From NCBI GenBank assembly GCA_964016885.1, contig OZ024764.1:8370001-8434000 (forward strand): a stretch of 64,000 nt of DNA. The letters are read 5' to 3'. Under the pieces are notes generated by a model. The model ran no database searches and was not told the origin of the DNA. It saw only the letters and a program-made list of their open reading frames with translations. Each line of letters starts with the position of its first letter. Positions within the stretch are counted from its first letter, which is position 1. Position numbers and translations under genes: made by a program. The DNA comes from Eledone cirrhosa (lineage: Eukaryota). Below are positions 13,301 through 27,329 of this stretch, piece by piece.

Positions 13301-15340
13301 ACCTAGATACACACTGTAGAGCTAGCGTAGGGTACTAGATACCTAGATACACACTGTAGAGCTAGCCTAGAGTACTAGATACCTAGATACACACTGTAGA
13401 GCTAGCCTAGAGTACTAGATACCTAGATACACATTGTAGAGCTAGCCTAGAGTACTAGATACCCAGGCACACATTGTAGAGCTAGCCTAGAGTACTAGAT
13501 ACCTAGATACACACTGTAGAGCTAGCCTAGAGTACTAGATACCTAGATATACACTGTAGAGCTAGCCTAGAGTACTAGATACCCAGGTACACATTGTAGA
13601 GCTAGCCTAGAGTACTAGATACCCAGGTACACATTGTAGAGCTAGCCTAGAGTACTAGATACCCAGGTACACATTGTAGAGCTAGCCTAGAGTACTAGAT
13701 ACCCAGGTACACATTGTAGAGCTAGCCTAGAGTACTAAATACCCAGGTACACATTGTAGAGCTAGCCTAGAGTACTAGATACCCAGGTACACATTGTAGA
13801 GCTAGCCTAGAGTACTAAATACCCAGGTACACATTGTAGAGCTAGTCTAGAGTACTAGATACCTAGATACACACTGTAGAGCTAGCCTAGAGTACTAGAT
13901 ACCCAGGTACTCATTGTAGAGCTAGCCTAGAGTACTAGATACCTAGATACACACTGTAGAGCTAGCCTAGAGTACTAGATACCTAGATACACACTGTAGA
14001 GCTAGCCTAGAGTACTAGATACCCAGGTACACATTGTAGAGCTAGCCTAGAGTACTAGATACCTAGATACACACTGTAGAGCTAGCCTAGAGTACTAGAT
14101 ACCTAGATATACACTGTAGAGCTAGCCTAGAGTACTAGATACCCAGGTACACACTGTAGAGCTAGCCTAGAGTACTAGATACCCAGGTACACATTGTAGA
14201 GCTAGCCTAGAGTACTAGATACCTAGATACACACTGTAGAGCTAGCGTAGGGTACTAGATACCTAGATACACACTGTAGAGCTAGCCTAGAGTACTAGAT
14301 ACCTAGATACACACTGTAGAGCTAGTGTAGGGTACTAGATACCTAGATACACACTGTAGAGCTAGCCTAGAGTACTAGATACCCAGGTACACATTGTAGA
14401 GCTAGCCTAGAGTACTAGATACCTAGATACACACTGTAGAGCTAGCCTAGAGTACTAGATACCTAGATACACACTGTAGAGCTAGCCTAGAGTACTAGAT
14501 ACCCAGGTACACATTGTAGAGCTAGCCTAGAGTACTAGATACCTAGATACACACTGTAGAGCTAGCCTAGAGTACTAGATACCTAGATACACACTGTAGA
14601 GCTAGCCTAGAGTACTAGATACCTAGATACACACTGTAGAGCTAGCGTAGGGTACTAGATACCTAGATACACACTGTAGAGCTAGCCTAGAGTACTAGAT
14701 ACCTAGATACACACTGTAGAGCTAGCCTAGAGTACTAGATACCTAGATACACACTGTAGAGCTAGCGTAGGGTACTAGATACCTAGATACACACTGTAGA
14801 GCTAGCCTAGAGTACTAGATACCTAGATACACACTATAGAGCTAGCCTAGAGTACTAGATACCTAGATACACACTGTAGAGCTAGCGTAGGGTACTAGAT
14901 ACCTAGATACACACTGTAGAGCTAGCCTAGAGTACTAGATACCTAGATACACACTGTAGAGCTAGCCTAGAGTACTAGATACCTAGATACACACTGTAGA
15001 GCTAGCGTAGGGTACTAGATACCTAGATACACATTGTAGAGCTAGCCTAGAGTACTAGATACCTAGATACACACTGTAGAGCTAGTCTAGAGTACTAGAT
15101 ACCTAGATACACACTGTAGAGCTAGCCTAGAGTACTAGATACACACTGTAGAGTTAGCGTAGGGTACTAAATATCCTTATATACATTGTAGAGCTAGCCT
15201 AGGGTACTATATACCAAGGTACACATTATAGAGCTAGCCTGGAGTACTACATTCCTAGATACACACTATAGAGCTAGTGTACAGAGCTAAACACCCAGGC
15301 ATACATTGTAGGGATGAGCTAGGGGTCTAAATACCCAGGT
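10321..15340 (+). repeat. 40-bp satellite, about 125 copies (TGTAGAGCTAGCCTAGAGTACTAGATACCTAGATACACAC)
   Basis: Strict 40-bp period; homogeneous centre and diverged edges; two 10-bp deletions near 11700 and 15140. Confidence 0.98.
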
Positions 15341-15579
15341 GTTAGTTCTGTAGATATTCGTTCAGTGTTGGAACGAACGTAGCTAGTTTGTGGGATTATA
15401 TTGAACAGGTGTTGTATTGACTGTCATTGATTCTGGTATTGATTTTTGACAACATGTGAAATCAAAATAGCCTGATTCACAAGTTGAGGGCTGAGAAGTT
15501 AAACCTGACAGTCACGTAGATAAACATGGTGAGAGGAGGGGTTGAGATTGAATAGAGATCGGAAGAGAGACAAAAGAGA

Positions 15580-15708
15580 GACTGTGTGTGGGTGTGTGGG
15601 TGTGTGTATATATATATATATACACACACACACATATATGTCCAACCCTTGCAAGCAGGGAAAAGCAGACGTAAAATGATGATGATGATATATATATATA
15701 CACACACC

Positions 15709-15739
<31 letters not shown>

Positions 15740-15809
15740 TACATGTATACACAGACACTCATATAAATATAGACACACACATATATATACATACATACAC
15801 ACATGTATG

Positions 15810-15851
<42 letters not shown>

Positions 15852-15900
15852 TATATATATACATACACACACACATACATATACACACACACATACATAT

Positions 15901-15987
<87 letters not shown>

Positions 15988-16408
15988 CAACATTATATAC
16001 ATACACTCACACACATATATATACATACACACATATATATACATACACACATATATATACATACACACATATATATACACACACACATATATATATATAC
16101 ATACACACACATATATATACACACACACACATATATATATACATACACATGTATATATACATATAAACATACATATATAAAAACAACTGGACATTGACAA
16201 TGAAATAACAGAGAAAAAGAAGGAAGGTTTAAAAAACAAAATGGTGGAAAAGATGGGGGGGGGGGGTATGAAAGGAAAGTGTGTCTTGTCTTTTGGTCTT
16301 TCGTTAAGGACAAACGACTGATTGAACAAAGAATAAAGGACAGGGGGGGGTGAAGGAACTGAGCAGGGAAGAAGATATGGATATGAATGAAAGGGAATTA
16401 TAAAGGAG

Positions 16409-16448
<40 letters not shown>

Positions 16449-16845
16449 TCACACACACGCAGATGGACACACACACAGACACACAGACACATACACACAC
16501 ATACACACACACACAGAAGTACACACACATACACATACACACTCAGACGCACACCCACAGACACATACACACTCACACAGACGCACACATACACACACAC
16601 GCACGCAGACACAGACACACACACAGACACACACACTCACACAGATGCACACACACAGACACATACACACACAGATGCACACAAAGACACACACACACAG
16701 ACAGACACACACATACACACACACACAGACACACATACACACACACTCACTCACACACACACACACACACTCACAAGCGCGCACACACACAAACACACAC
16801 ACACAAGCGCACAGACACAAACAAGCGCACACACACACACACATG
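15580..16845. repeat. (AT)n/(AC)n microsatellite complex with an RTE 3' stub at about 15640-15688
   Basis: Seen directly. Confidence 0.9.
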
Positions 16846-17009
16846 TAGGTGTCACAACAAAAAGTGGCCAGCCCCAAAACACTGTAAAATTGATGTGTAA
16901 AAGACAGGGCAAAAAGCACCCAGCACTCACTGTAAATGTGGTTGGTGTTAGGAAGGGCATCCAGCCATAGAAAACCTGCCCCAAAACACCCAGTCCACAC
17001 TGTAAAGCG

Positions 17010-17228
17010 GTCGATGATTATACCTTTGTTATTGAATTTATCAATTGGGAGTCTCAGGGTGTAGTCTAGTGCAATGAGAAAGAGGAATGGGGCAAGAGTG
17101 TCACCCTGCAGCACTCCTGCTGAGATGTCAAAGAACTCTGTTGGGTCATCAGAGGTGATGATAGTGGCTCTTGTGTTGAGATACAGAGCCTTAATAGCTT
17201 CCACAAATCTTGCTGGTATGCCATACAA
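17010..17228 (-). pseudogene. Reverse-transcriptase fragment of a different RTE/RTE-X-like LINE
   Basis: YGIPARFVEAIKALY...AGVLQGDTLAPFLFLIALDY. Confidence 0.8.
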
Positions 17229-17247
17229 GTAATAATCTGAATGAAAA

Positions 17248-17450
17248 TGGGTTTGATTCCTGGGTTATGTGTTGTGTTCTTGAGCAAAACACTTCATTTC
17301 ACATTGCTCCAGTATACTCAGCTGAAAATGAGTACCAGCAATAGCTGGAGGTTTAACCCTGCGATGGACTGGTGTCCTGTCTTGTACCCTCTTCACACCA
17401 TGAAACCGAGATAAACGCCTGCCAAATAAGCCTTGTGGCTTAAGACAGAC
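17248..17450 (+). mobile_element. Degenerate tRNA-derived SINE body
   Basis: B-box-like GGTTTGATTCC followed by TTGAGCAAAACAC...TTGCTCCAGT..ACTCAGCTG, as in the SINE at 57331. Confidence 0.7.
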
Positions 17451-17490
17451 TTTAGACTTTTAGATATGTATGTATATATATATGTGTGTG

Positions 17491-17527
<37 letters not shown>

Positions 17528-17617
17528 GAATATATATATGAATATATATGTATATATATATATATGTATCTATGTATGTATGTATGTATGTATGTATGTA
17601 TATATATATGAATATAA

Positions 17618-17810
17618 AGGAGAAAGTATGACCCCGACGCCAGAGCTCAAGCCGTTTCGACGGCTATTTCTGGACAGAAATAGCCGTTGAAACGGCTTGA
17701 GCTCTGCCGTCGGGGTCATACTTTCTCCTATTACCAACTCTACTTCCCTAAGTATTGAGTACTCTGGTGCGTTATGGTCCATCTGGTTCCTTACCACACC
17801 TCCTTCGTTA
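17618..17810. mobile_element. Palindromic dispersed element (family P3, Penelope pseudo-LTR-like); 54-bp-arm hairpin at 17618-17729
   Basis: Near-perfect inverted repeat around a GGAC loop; related copies at 30378-30580 and 59860-60115; all sit in (TA)n. Confidence 0.65.
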
Positions 17811-17930
17811 TATGAATATATATGTATATATATGTATGTATATATATATAGAGATATATATATGTATATATATGTGTATACATATATATGTGTATATATA
17901 TATATATATGTGTGTGTGAGTGTATATATG

Positions 17931-17986
<56 letters not shown>

Positions 17987-18031
17987 CATATATATATATA
18001 CATATATATATATATATGTATATATATACAT

Positions 18032-18065
<34 letters not shown>

Positions 18066-18324
18066 ACATATATCTATGTATATGTATATATATATACATA
18101 TATCTATGTATATATACATATGTATATGTATATTATATATATACATATATCTATGTATATATACATATGTATATGTATATTATATATATATATATATATA
18201 TGTACTGGTTGGAAAATATATATATTTGGAAAATATATATGTATATATGTATATGTATATTATATATATATATATATATATGTACTGGTTGGAAAATATA
18301 TATATTTGGAAAATATATATATAT

Positions 18325-19226
18325 GAACTGGTTGGAAAAAGTTCAGAGAGCTTATACCACTATTAGCTGCTAAAGGGTTCTCACTAAAAATGAAAGGCAG
18401 GTTGTACGATGCCTGCATACGAACAGCAATGCTGCATGGCAGTGAGACCTGGGCATTGTGTGCAGAGGATATACGCAGACTAGAGAGGAACGAAGCTTGC
18501 ATGCTCCGCTGGATGTGTAACAGTAATATACGTGAACGGCAAAGCATAAACGAACTAAGGAAAAAATTAGAGATAAGAGGGATCAGATGTTGTTTACTCG
18601 AGAGAAGGCTACGTTGGTATGGACACGTGATGCGCATGAAAGTCGATAGCTGTATAACAAAGTGCAGGGCAATAAAGATAGACGGTAGTCACGGAATAGG
18701 CAGACCTAGAAAAACCTGGGACGAGCTGATAAACTCCGACATCACACACTTACACCTCTCCAAGACAATGTCACTGGACCGAGACCTTTGGCGGTACTCA
18801 GTAACAGAGAAGACCCGCCTTACCTAAATATATAGTAAAACCTACTCCAGCCAGTAGGCATCTCTAACAAAATACACCCCGTCCCACCACCCCCACCCCC
18901 ACCCGATCCACACCACCCCGTTCTATGTAAAGTTATGTTGGTGCCGCGCCTTCGAGGCCGAAACAAATGAGATCGTGTAGGTGTCACGACAAAAAAACAC
19001 ACAGTCCACGCTGTAATGTGGCCGTGTAGGCAACACGGTAAAAACCTCCCAGACCCACACTGTAAATGTGGTTGGTGTTAGGAAGGGCATCCAACTGTAG
19101 AAAACCTGCCAGACAGTCCTATGCGAGCAAGACAATCACTCTTGCCTCAAGTGGGACTACCCCCGTCCAAACCCATGCAAGCGTGGAACACGGACGTTAA
19201 ACGTTGATGATGATGATGATGATGAT
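18325..19226 (+). mobile_element. RTE LINE subfamily A, 5'-truncated
   Basis: ORF 18390-18827 (LYDACIRTAMLHGSETW...RRLRWYGHV...GRPRKTW), 3'UTR and (GAT)n tail. Confidence 0.95.
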
Positions 19227-19354
19227 GTATGTATATATGTATATATACATATGTATATGTATATTATATATATATATGTATGTATACATATGTATATTAT
19301 ATATATATATATATACATATGTATGTATATATAATATATATATATATATGTATG

Positions 19355-19457
<103 letters not shown>

Positions 19458-19889
19458 ACATATATATATATATTTCTATATACATACACACACACACATA
19501 CACATATATACATACATACATATATATAAATATATACACACACACACACAACAGAATGAAAGAAAAAGCACAAAGTATTAATTTGAATAAAAGAAAACTG
19601 TAAGGGTTTTGAAAGGTCTTTTGTAAGGGTTTTGTAAATTTTTGTAAGGTTTTTCTAAAGTTTTGTAAGGTTTTGTTAGGCTCTTTTGTAAAATGATTCA
19701 AGTCACCACAGTATGCAAATGGCCGACAAAAAATGGCCGTTTTGTTCCTCTTGGGACTGAATGGTATTTTATTTATCTATGGATATTGACGACACTGTGG
19801 GACACACACATAATGACTTGTTTGGGTGGGGGCTAGTTGTGTTGTTGTTAGTGGTGGTGGTGTGTCGGTGGTTGTGCAGGTAGTGGTTG

Positions 19890-20006
19890 TATATATGTAT
19901 GTATAGGTGGATGTGTATATATATGTAGGTATATGTGTATCTATGTATGCATGTGTATGTGCTTGTGGATGGGTGTTTGTTTGTCTGTACGTATATCTGT
20001 GTGTGC

Positions 20007-20050
<44 letters not shown>

Positions 20051-20173
20051 ATAATGGATGTATTTATGTATAGGTGGATGTGTATATATATGTAGGTATA
20101 TGTGTATCTATGTATGCATGTGTATGTGCTTGTGGATGGGTGTTTGTTTGTCTGTACGTATATCTGTGTGTGA

Positions 20174-20246
<73 letters not shown>

Positions 20247-20389
20247 ATATGTGTGTGTGTATAATGGATGTATTTATGTATAGGTGGATGTGTATATATA
20301 TGTAGGTATATGTGTATCTCTGTATGTATGTGTAAATGTATGTGCTTGTGTATGGATGTTTGTATGTCTGTACATATATCTGTGTGTGA

Positions 20390-20420
<31 letters not shown>

Positions 20421-20570
20421 TATATATATATATGTGTGTGTGTGTGTGTATATAATGGATGTATTTATGTATAGGTGGATGTGTATATATATGTAGGTAT
20501 ATGAGTATCTCTGTATGTATGTGTAAATGTATGTGCTTGTGTATGAATGTTTGTATGTCTGTATGTAATC
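19890..20570. repeat. Higher-order microsatellite-derived repeat, about 170-210 bp, about 3.5 copies
   Basis: ATGGATGTATTTATGTATAGGTGGATG recurs at about 20054, 20264 and 20455. Confidence 0.8.
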
Positions 20571-20574
20571 GCAC

Positions 20575-23500
20575 AACAGGAAAAAGAACTAGACGTCGCA
20601 TCTCAGAGTTGCCACACTTAATGTTGGCACTCTAACAGGTAGATCTGGTGAGATAGTGGAGATGCTGGAGAGAAGGCATGTGGATGTGTGCTGTGTGCAA
20701 GAGGTGAGATGGAGAGGTGCCTCTGCAAGACTACTCGCAGGCAAACATCGGATTTATAAGCTTTTCTGGGTGGGTAATGATGATGGGTTAGGTGGGGTGG
20801 GCATATTACTGGCTGAGAGATGGATCAATAAGACAATAGAGGTAGTTAGAGTTAATAATAGAATAATTAAGCTTAGATTAGTTGTAGGTAGGAGACTACT
20901 GACAATCATCCCCAGGCAGGCCTAGGTAAAGAAGGGAAAGACTGCTTTTATGTGCAACTTTTACAAACAGCCTCAATGACAGAAGACAGAGACATCGTTA
21001 TGCTAGCAGGGGACTTCAATGGACATGTTGGACAGCTCCAGGATGGATATATGGGGTACATGGTGGGCACGGTTATGGCTCAAGAAATGAAGAAGGAGTG
21101 AGGCTTCTTGAATTTTGTGATGCAAATGCACTAACTATTTACAGCACTAACTTCCAGATGCCTACCAACCACCTAATAACCTACAAATCAGGCGAGCACA
21201 TAAGCCAGATTGACTTCTTTCTAGTTAGGCAGCGAGATAGACAGATGGTGTCAAATACTAAGGCATACCCCAGGGAAGAATGTACCCCACAGCAGAGGTT
21301 AGTCGTTAGTGACATCTCAGTAAGCAAGAGACAGAATGAGACATACAGGAAGGCGTGGAAAAGAAAGGTCTGGAAGCTAAAAGACCTTTCATTAAAATAT
21401 AAATTTAGCAAAGCCCTTCAAGATGTGTATGACGAAAAGGAAGACAATTTAGAATCGTATGACATAGATGATAACTGGAATTTCTTGCGTGACAACTTAC
21501 TGCAGGCTACTGAAGAAACTTGTGGTTGGGGCAGAGTTTCAACCAGACAGAGAGTGACCTGGTGGTGGAACAGCACGGTAGATAGGGCCATTAGAGACAA
21601 AAGACTGGCATGGAAGGCTTGGAAAAAGGGTGGGAGTAGAGAAGGATACACAGCCACTAAGAGAGAAGCTACACGTCAGGTTTACTTAGCACGCAGGGAG
21701 GCTGAGAGTAGGAGATTTGCCAATCTTCTGCGACGGGAAGATCAGAGACGTACAGTGTTCCGCATTGCAAGGCAATGTGTCAATGCAAATCAGGATGTTG
21801 TTGGAGATAAGTGTGTCCGGAATGATGCCGGTGTACTTAGTGTCATGGATGATCAAAAAAAGGAGGCCTGGAAATGTACTTATTAGAGACTGATGAATGT
21901 AGAGAACGAATGTGACAGAGAGGAATTACCCCCAGTAGACCCGACAGAGGGATCAGCTATTGAGATTGACGAATATAGGGTCAAAGAGGCAATTAAGGAA
22001 ATGAAGAATGGTAAGGCTGCTGGGCCGTCGGGATAGTTGCTGAGATGCTGAAGGCATCAGAAGTAGGCACTAAACTAGTTGCACACATCATTAATCAAGC
22101 TATATATGGTGGTGTCATACCCAAAGACTGGTGCAGCAGTATTCTCATAAATTGCTACAAAGGTAAAGGGGATGCTTTGGAGAGGAGCAATTATAGGGGT
22201 ATAAAACTGATAGATCAGGTTATGAAAGTGGCAGAAAGGATTTTAGCACAACTAATTAGAGAAAGGGTCAAACTAGATGAGATGCAGTTTGGTTTTGTGC
22301 CTGGGAAGAGTACAACAGATGCCCTCTTCTTGGTGAGACAATTGCAAGAGAGGTTCTTAGAGAAGAATAAGCCACTATACTTATCCTTTGTTGACCTAGA
22401 GAAGGCCTTTGATAGGGTATCCCAATCTGTCATCTGGTGGTCCCTAAGAAAACTAGGTGTAGAGGAATGGCTTAAGAGGACAGTGCAAGCTATGTACAGG
22501 GGTGCTGTCAGTAAAGTGAGAATAGGAATGGAGTTTAGTGAGGAATTCCAGATACAAGTAGGTGTACATCAAGGTTCGGTCCTCAGCCCACTCTTGTTCA
22601 TTATAGTCCTCCAAGCCATAACAGAGGAGTTTAAGAGTTTAAGACTGGCTGCCCATGGGAACTTCTCTATGCTGATGATCTGGTTTTATAGCAGAATCAG
22701 TAGAGGAGCTAGAGAATAAATTCTGGCTATGGAAACAGCAGTTGGAAGCAAGAGGACTGAGAGTGAACCTAGCTAAGACAAAAGTGTTGATAAGTAGAAG
22801 AGACGACAATACTCTGATTCCATCGGAGAAATTGCCATGTTTGATTTGTAGGAAAGGAACTGGCATAAATTCCATAAAATGTACGCAATGCAGATCTTGG
22901 GTACACAAGAAATGTAGTGAGATAGCAGGCAAACTAACAGGTAGGGAAAACTATGTATGCAGTAGATGGACAGGGAAAGTTGGCAGTAGTAATCGCAGTG
23001 ATATACACATTTTTCCAATGCAGATGGGTTCTATAGAAGTGGTGGATAGCTTCTGGTACCTAGGTGATCAGATTAGCATGTGAGGGGGGTGTTCCGAGGC
23101 CATAGTATCTAGAATAAGGACGGGTTGGAAAAAGTTTAGGGAACTGCTTCCTCTGTTGACTAAGAAGGTTTTCTCCCTGCGTACGAAAGGACGTTATGTG
23201 ATGCCTGTGTGAGATGCGCGATGCTGCATGGTAGTGAGACATGGGCAGCAACTGCAGAAGATATGCGGCGGCTGGAGAGAAATGAAGCAAGCTTGCTCCG
23301 TTGGATGTGCAATGCCAATGTGCGTGAACGACCAAGCATAGACGAGTTGAGAAAGAAACTGGGTATAAGAGGGATAAGTTGTGGTGTGCAGGAGAGAAGT
23401 CTGAGATGGTATGGACATGTGATGACTGCTGGGTAAAGAAGTGCCAAGAAATGCCATTAGAAGGAAGACGCAGTAGAGGTAGACCACGAAAAACATGGGC

Positions 23501-23645
23501 AGAGGTGGTGAGAGCTGACCTCAGATCGATGAAACTCACAGAGGAGATGACGAAGGACCGTGACAAGTGGAGAGACGCTGTGCAGAATAGAACCCGTCCA
23601 ACCCTTGCAAGCAGGGAAAGGCGGACGTAAAATGATGATGATGAT
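20575..23645 (+). mobile_element. Near full-length RTE LINE (subfamily C): endonuclease, RT, PHD-like Zn finger and C-terminus; disrupted by frameshifts and stops
   Basis: [66 protein letters not shown] (YADD), GRPRKTW, (GAT)n tail. Confidence 0.95.
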
Positions 23646-23877
23646 ATATGTGTGTATATATATATATAGTTGACCTGTAGAAGTCATTATATATTTATAT
23701 ATATAATATTTAATATAGAAATGGCTTCTACAGGTCGACAACTGTATATATATATATATATAATATGTATATTATATATATATACACACACACATATGTA
23801 TGTCTGAATGGATGGTGGATGTGACTCTAAACATATATGATTGCAGGTATACAAAGGTATGCATATATACATATCTT

Positions 23878-23951
<74 letters not shown>

Positions 23952-24047
23952 CATACACATACCTACATACAAATAGCTGTTTACATAACACTCCACCCCC
24001 ACCCTTGTCATTTTGTTCCTATCTATGTGTGTATATACACATGAATG

Positions 24048-24078
<31 letters not shown>

Positions 24079-24475
24079 ATATATATACATACATATAAGT
24101 TGTATGTCCAAGATCACCTACACCTGCTCCTCATTCAAGATATATATATATATATATATGTGTGTGTGTTTGTATAAATATATATATAAATATATATATA
24201 TATATGTGTGTGTATATAGATATATATATATATATGTATATATCTGTGTGTGTGTGTGTATGTATATATATATAGAGAGAGATAGATAGATAGAGAGACA
24301 GAGAGAGAGAGGGGGGGGGAGAGAACCACAGTAGAAATACATCCACACACACACACACACACATACATACACACATACACATGTATACACAATGCCTGAT
24401 TGCCTTTTGCTATATAATGTCTATAGAAGCAAACAGAGTTCTTTATTCAGTTTATAAACTGTGAGGCCAACACAC

Positions 24476-24567
24476 TATATATATATAATATATATATATA
24501 TATATACACAAGGAATTTGCTTCCTCCTCAACAACGAAACCTCCACTACACTACATTCAACTACAAA
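24476..24567 (+). promoter_or_regulatory. Putative TATA-like (TA)n run and short 5'UTR of the chitin-binding gene
   Basis: AT run at 24476-24505 about 60 nt before an ACAAAATG start context; positional inference only. Confidence 0.35.
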
Positions 24568-24592
24568 ATGAACGGACTTTTAATAATCATAT
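24568..24592 (+). CDS. Exon 1 (start of signal peptide, MNGLLIII) of a secreted peritrophin-like chitin-binding protein
   Basis: CAAA-ATG context; perfect GTAAGT donor at 24593 in phase 1; T+TG joins exon 2 to give MNGLLIIILSLAAVMHASA-EC, a plausible signal peptide with an A-S-A cleavage site. Confidence 0.75.
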
Positions 24593-24641
24593 GTAAGTCT
24601 ATAAATTTTCTTACATATCTTTTATCAACATCATGCCATTG

Positions 24642-24693
<52 letters not shown>

Positions 24694-24704
24694 CCAAAAT
24701 AAAA

Positions 24705-26877
24705 TTAACCCTTTAGCATTTAAACCGGCCATATTCGGCCAAAATTCTCTCACCTCTTTCTGTTCAAACCAGCTGTAATCAGCTGCTCATACTTATGTTT
24801 AGATTTTGTTCTCAACATAAATAATATCATAATATCATAGACACGATATTATGTTAGATATTTATGTGAGTTAAAGCCTTTACTGTGAAAATACAATAGT
24901 ATATTTAGAGTAATGTAAATGTTATGTGAGATATTATGTGAGGTAAAGCGTTTACTGTGAAAATACAATAGTATATATAGAATAATGTAAATGTTATGTG
25001 AGATATTATGTGAGGTAAAGCCTTTACTGTGAATATACAATAGTATATATAGAGTAATGTAAATGTTATGTGAGATATTATGTGAGGTAAAGCCTTTACT
25101 GTGAAAATACAATAGTATATATAGAGTAATGTAAATGTTATGTGAAATATTATGTGAGGTAAAGCCTTTACTGTGAAAATACAATAGTATATATAGAATA
25201 ATGTAAATGTTATGTGAGATATTATGTGAGGTAAAGCCTTTACTGTGACAATATAATAGTATATATAGAGTAATGTAAATGTTATGTGAGATATTATGTG
25301 AGGTAAAGCCTTTACCATGAAAATACAATAGTATATATAGAGTAATGTAAATGTTATGTGAGATATTATGGGAGGTAAAGCCTTTACTGTGAAAATACAA
25401 TAGTATATATAGAGTAATGTAAATGTTATGTGAGATATTATGTGAGGTAAAGCCTTTACTGTGAAAATACAATAGTATATATAGAGTAATGTAAATGTTA
25501 TGTGAGATATTATGTGAGGTAAAGCCTTTACTGTGACAATATAATAGTATATATAGAGTAATGTAAATGTTATGGGAGATATTATGTGAGGTAAAGCCTT
25601 TACTGTGAAAATACAATAGTATATATAGAGTAATGTAAATGTTATGTGAGATATTATGTGAGGTAAAGCCTTTACCATGAAAATACAATAGTATATATAG
25701 AGTAATGTAAATGTTATGTGAGATATTATGTGAGGTAAAGCCTTTACTGTGAAAATACAATAGTATATTTAGAGTAATGTAAATGTTATGTGAGATATTA
25801 TGTGAGGTAAAGCCTTTACTGTGAAAATACAATAGTATATATAGAATAATGTAAATGTTATGTGAGATATTATGTGAGGTAAAGCCTTTACTGTGAATAT
25901 ACAATAGTATATATAGAGTAATGTAAATGTTATGTGAAATATTATGTGAGGTAAAGCCTTTACTGTGAAAATACAATAGTATATATAGAATAATGTAAAT
26001 GTTATGTGAGATATTATGTGAGGTAAATCCTTTACTGAGACAATACAAGAGTATATATAGTGTAATGTAAATGTTATGTGAGATATTATGTGAGGTAAAG
26101 CCTTTACTGTGAAAATACAATAGTATATATAGAGTAATGTAAATGTTATGTGAGATATTATGTGAGGTAAAGCCTTTACCATGAAAATACAATAGTATAT
26201 ATAGAGTAATGTAAATGTTATGTGAGATATTATGTGAGGTAAAGCCTTTACTGTGAAAATACAATAGTATATATAGAGTAATGTAAATGTTATGTGAGAT
26301 ATTATGTGAGGTAAAGCCTTTACTGTGAAAATACAATAGTATATATAGAGTAATGTAAATGTTATGTGAGATATTATGTGAGGTAAAGCCTTTACTGTGA
26401 AAATACAATAGTATATATAGAGTAATGTAAATGTTATGTGAGATATTATGTGAGGTAAAGCCTTTACCATGAAAATACAATAGTATATATAGAGTAATGT
26501 AAATGTTATGTGAGATATTATGTGAGGTAAAGCCTTTACTGTGAAAATATAATAGTATATATAGAGTAATGTAAATGTTATGTGAGATATTATGTGAGGT
26601 AAAGCCTTTACTGTGAAAATACAATAGTATATATAGAGTAATGTAAATGTTATGTGAGATATTATGTGAGGTAAAGCCTTTACTGTGACAATACAATAGT
26701 ATATATAGAGTAATGTAAATGTTATGTGAGATATTATGTAAGGTAAAGCCTTTACCATGAAAATACAATAGTATATATAGAGTAATGTAAATGTTATGTG
26801 AGATATTATGTGAGGTAAAGCCTTTACTGTGAATATACAATAATATATATAGAGTAATGTAAATGTCAAAGAGTTAA
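24705..26877 (+). mobile_element. piggyBac-type MITE family M with about 28 copies of the 72-bp unit
   Basis: TTAA-CCCTTTAGCATTTA at the left end and TAAATGTCAAAGAG-TTAA at the right end bracket the array. Confidence 0.9.
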
Positions 26878-27329
26878 GAAAGATGCTGATGTTACATAAA
26901 TCATTTATTCCTTATAATTATTTCAACGGTTCTCTTATGCAATCCACGATGTACCATATGCACCTGCTGTTGTTATTGCAACAGTATTTTCAGATGAAAA
27001 TCCGATTATGTAATATGCTGCTGACAAATAAAATACATATTTCTTCTGGTGTTCCCGACACACGTATGAGAACTTAAACGATCACCTTCACTTCAGAAGA
27101 TTTTTTTAAAAAATTATGTTCACTTAAAAATAATTTTTAAATAATTAAAATATACAGGGAAAAGCAGACGTAAAATGATGATGATGATGATGATGATGAT
27201 ACACAGACATGTATTTAATGTGAATTGAAACTGGAAGGTCTCTATATATATATGTGTGTATATATGTATATATATATATATATATATATGTGGGTATCAG
27301 TGATCTATATACACTGGTCATACACACAC

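Noticed and set aside
10321-15340. CRISPR-like appearance of the 40-, 65-, 72- and 112-bp arrays
   Set aside because: No unique spacers, no cas genes, and a eukaryotic context.
15505-15535. CAG...AAACATG|GTGAG micro-exon
   Set aside because: Phase 0 with no compatible partner exon; likely chance.
19600-19695. Telomere-like TTTTGTAAGG repeats
   Set aside because: Degenerate 10-11-mers rather than (TTAGGG)n, and too short.
24849-26869. Long repetitive ORFs (SHNISHNIYITLY...) in the 72-bp arrays
   Set aside because: The unit length is a multiple of 3 and two frames are open; the arrays lie inside MITEs and show no gene structure.
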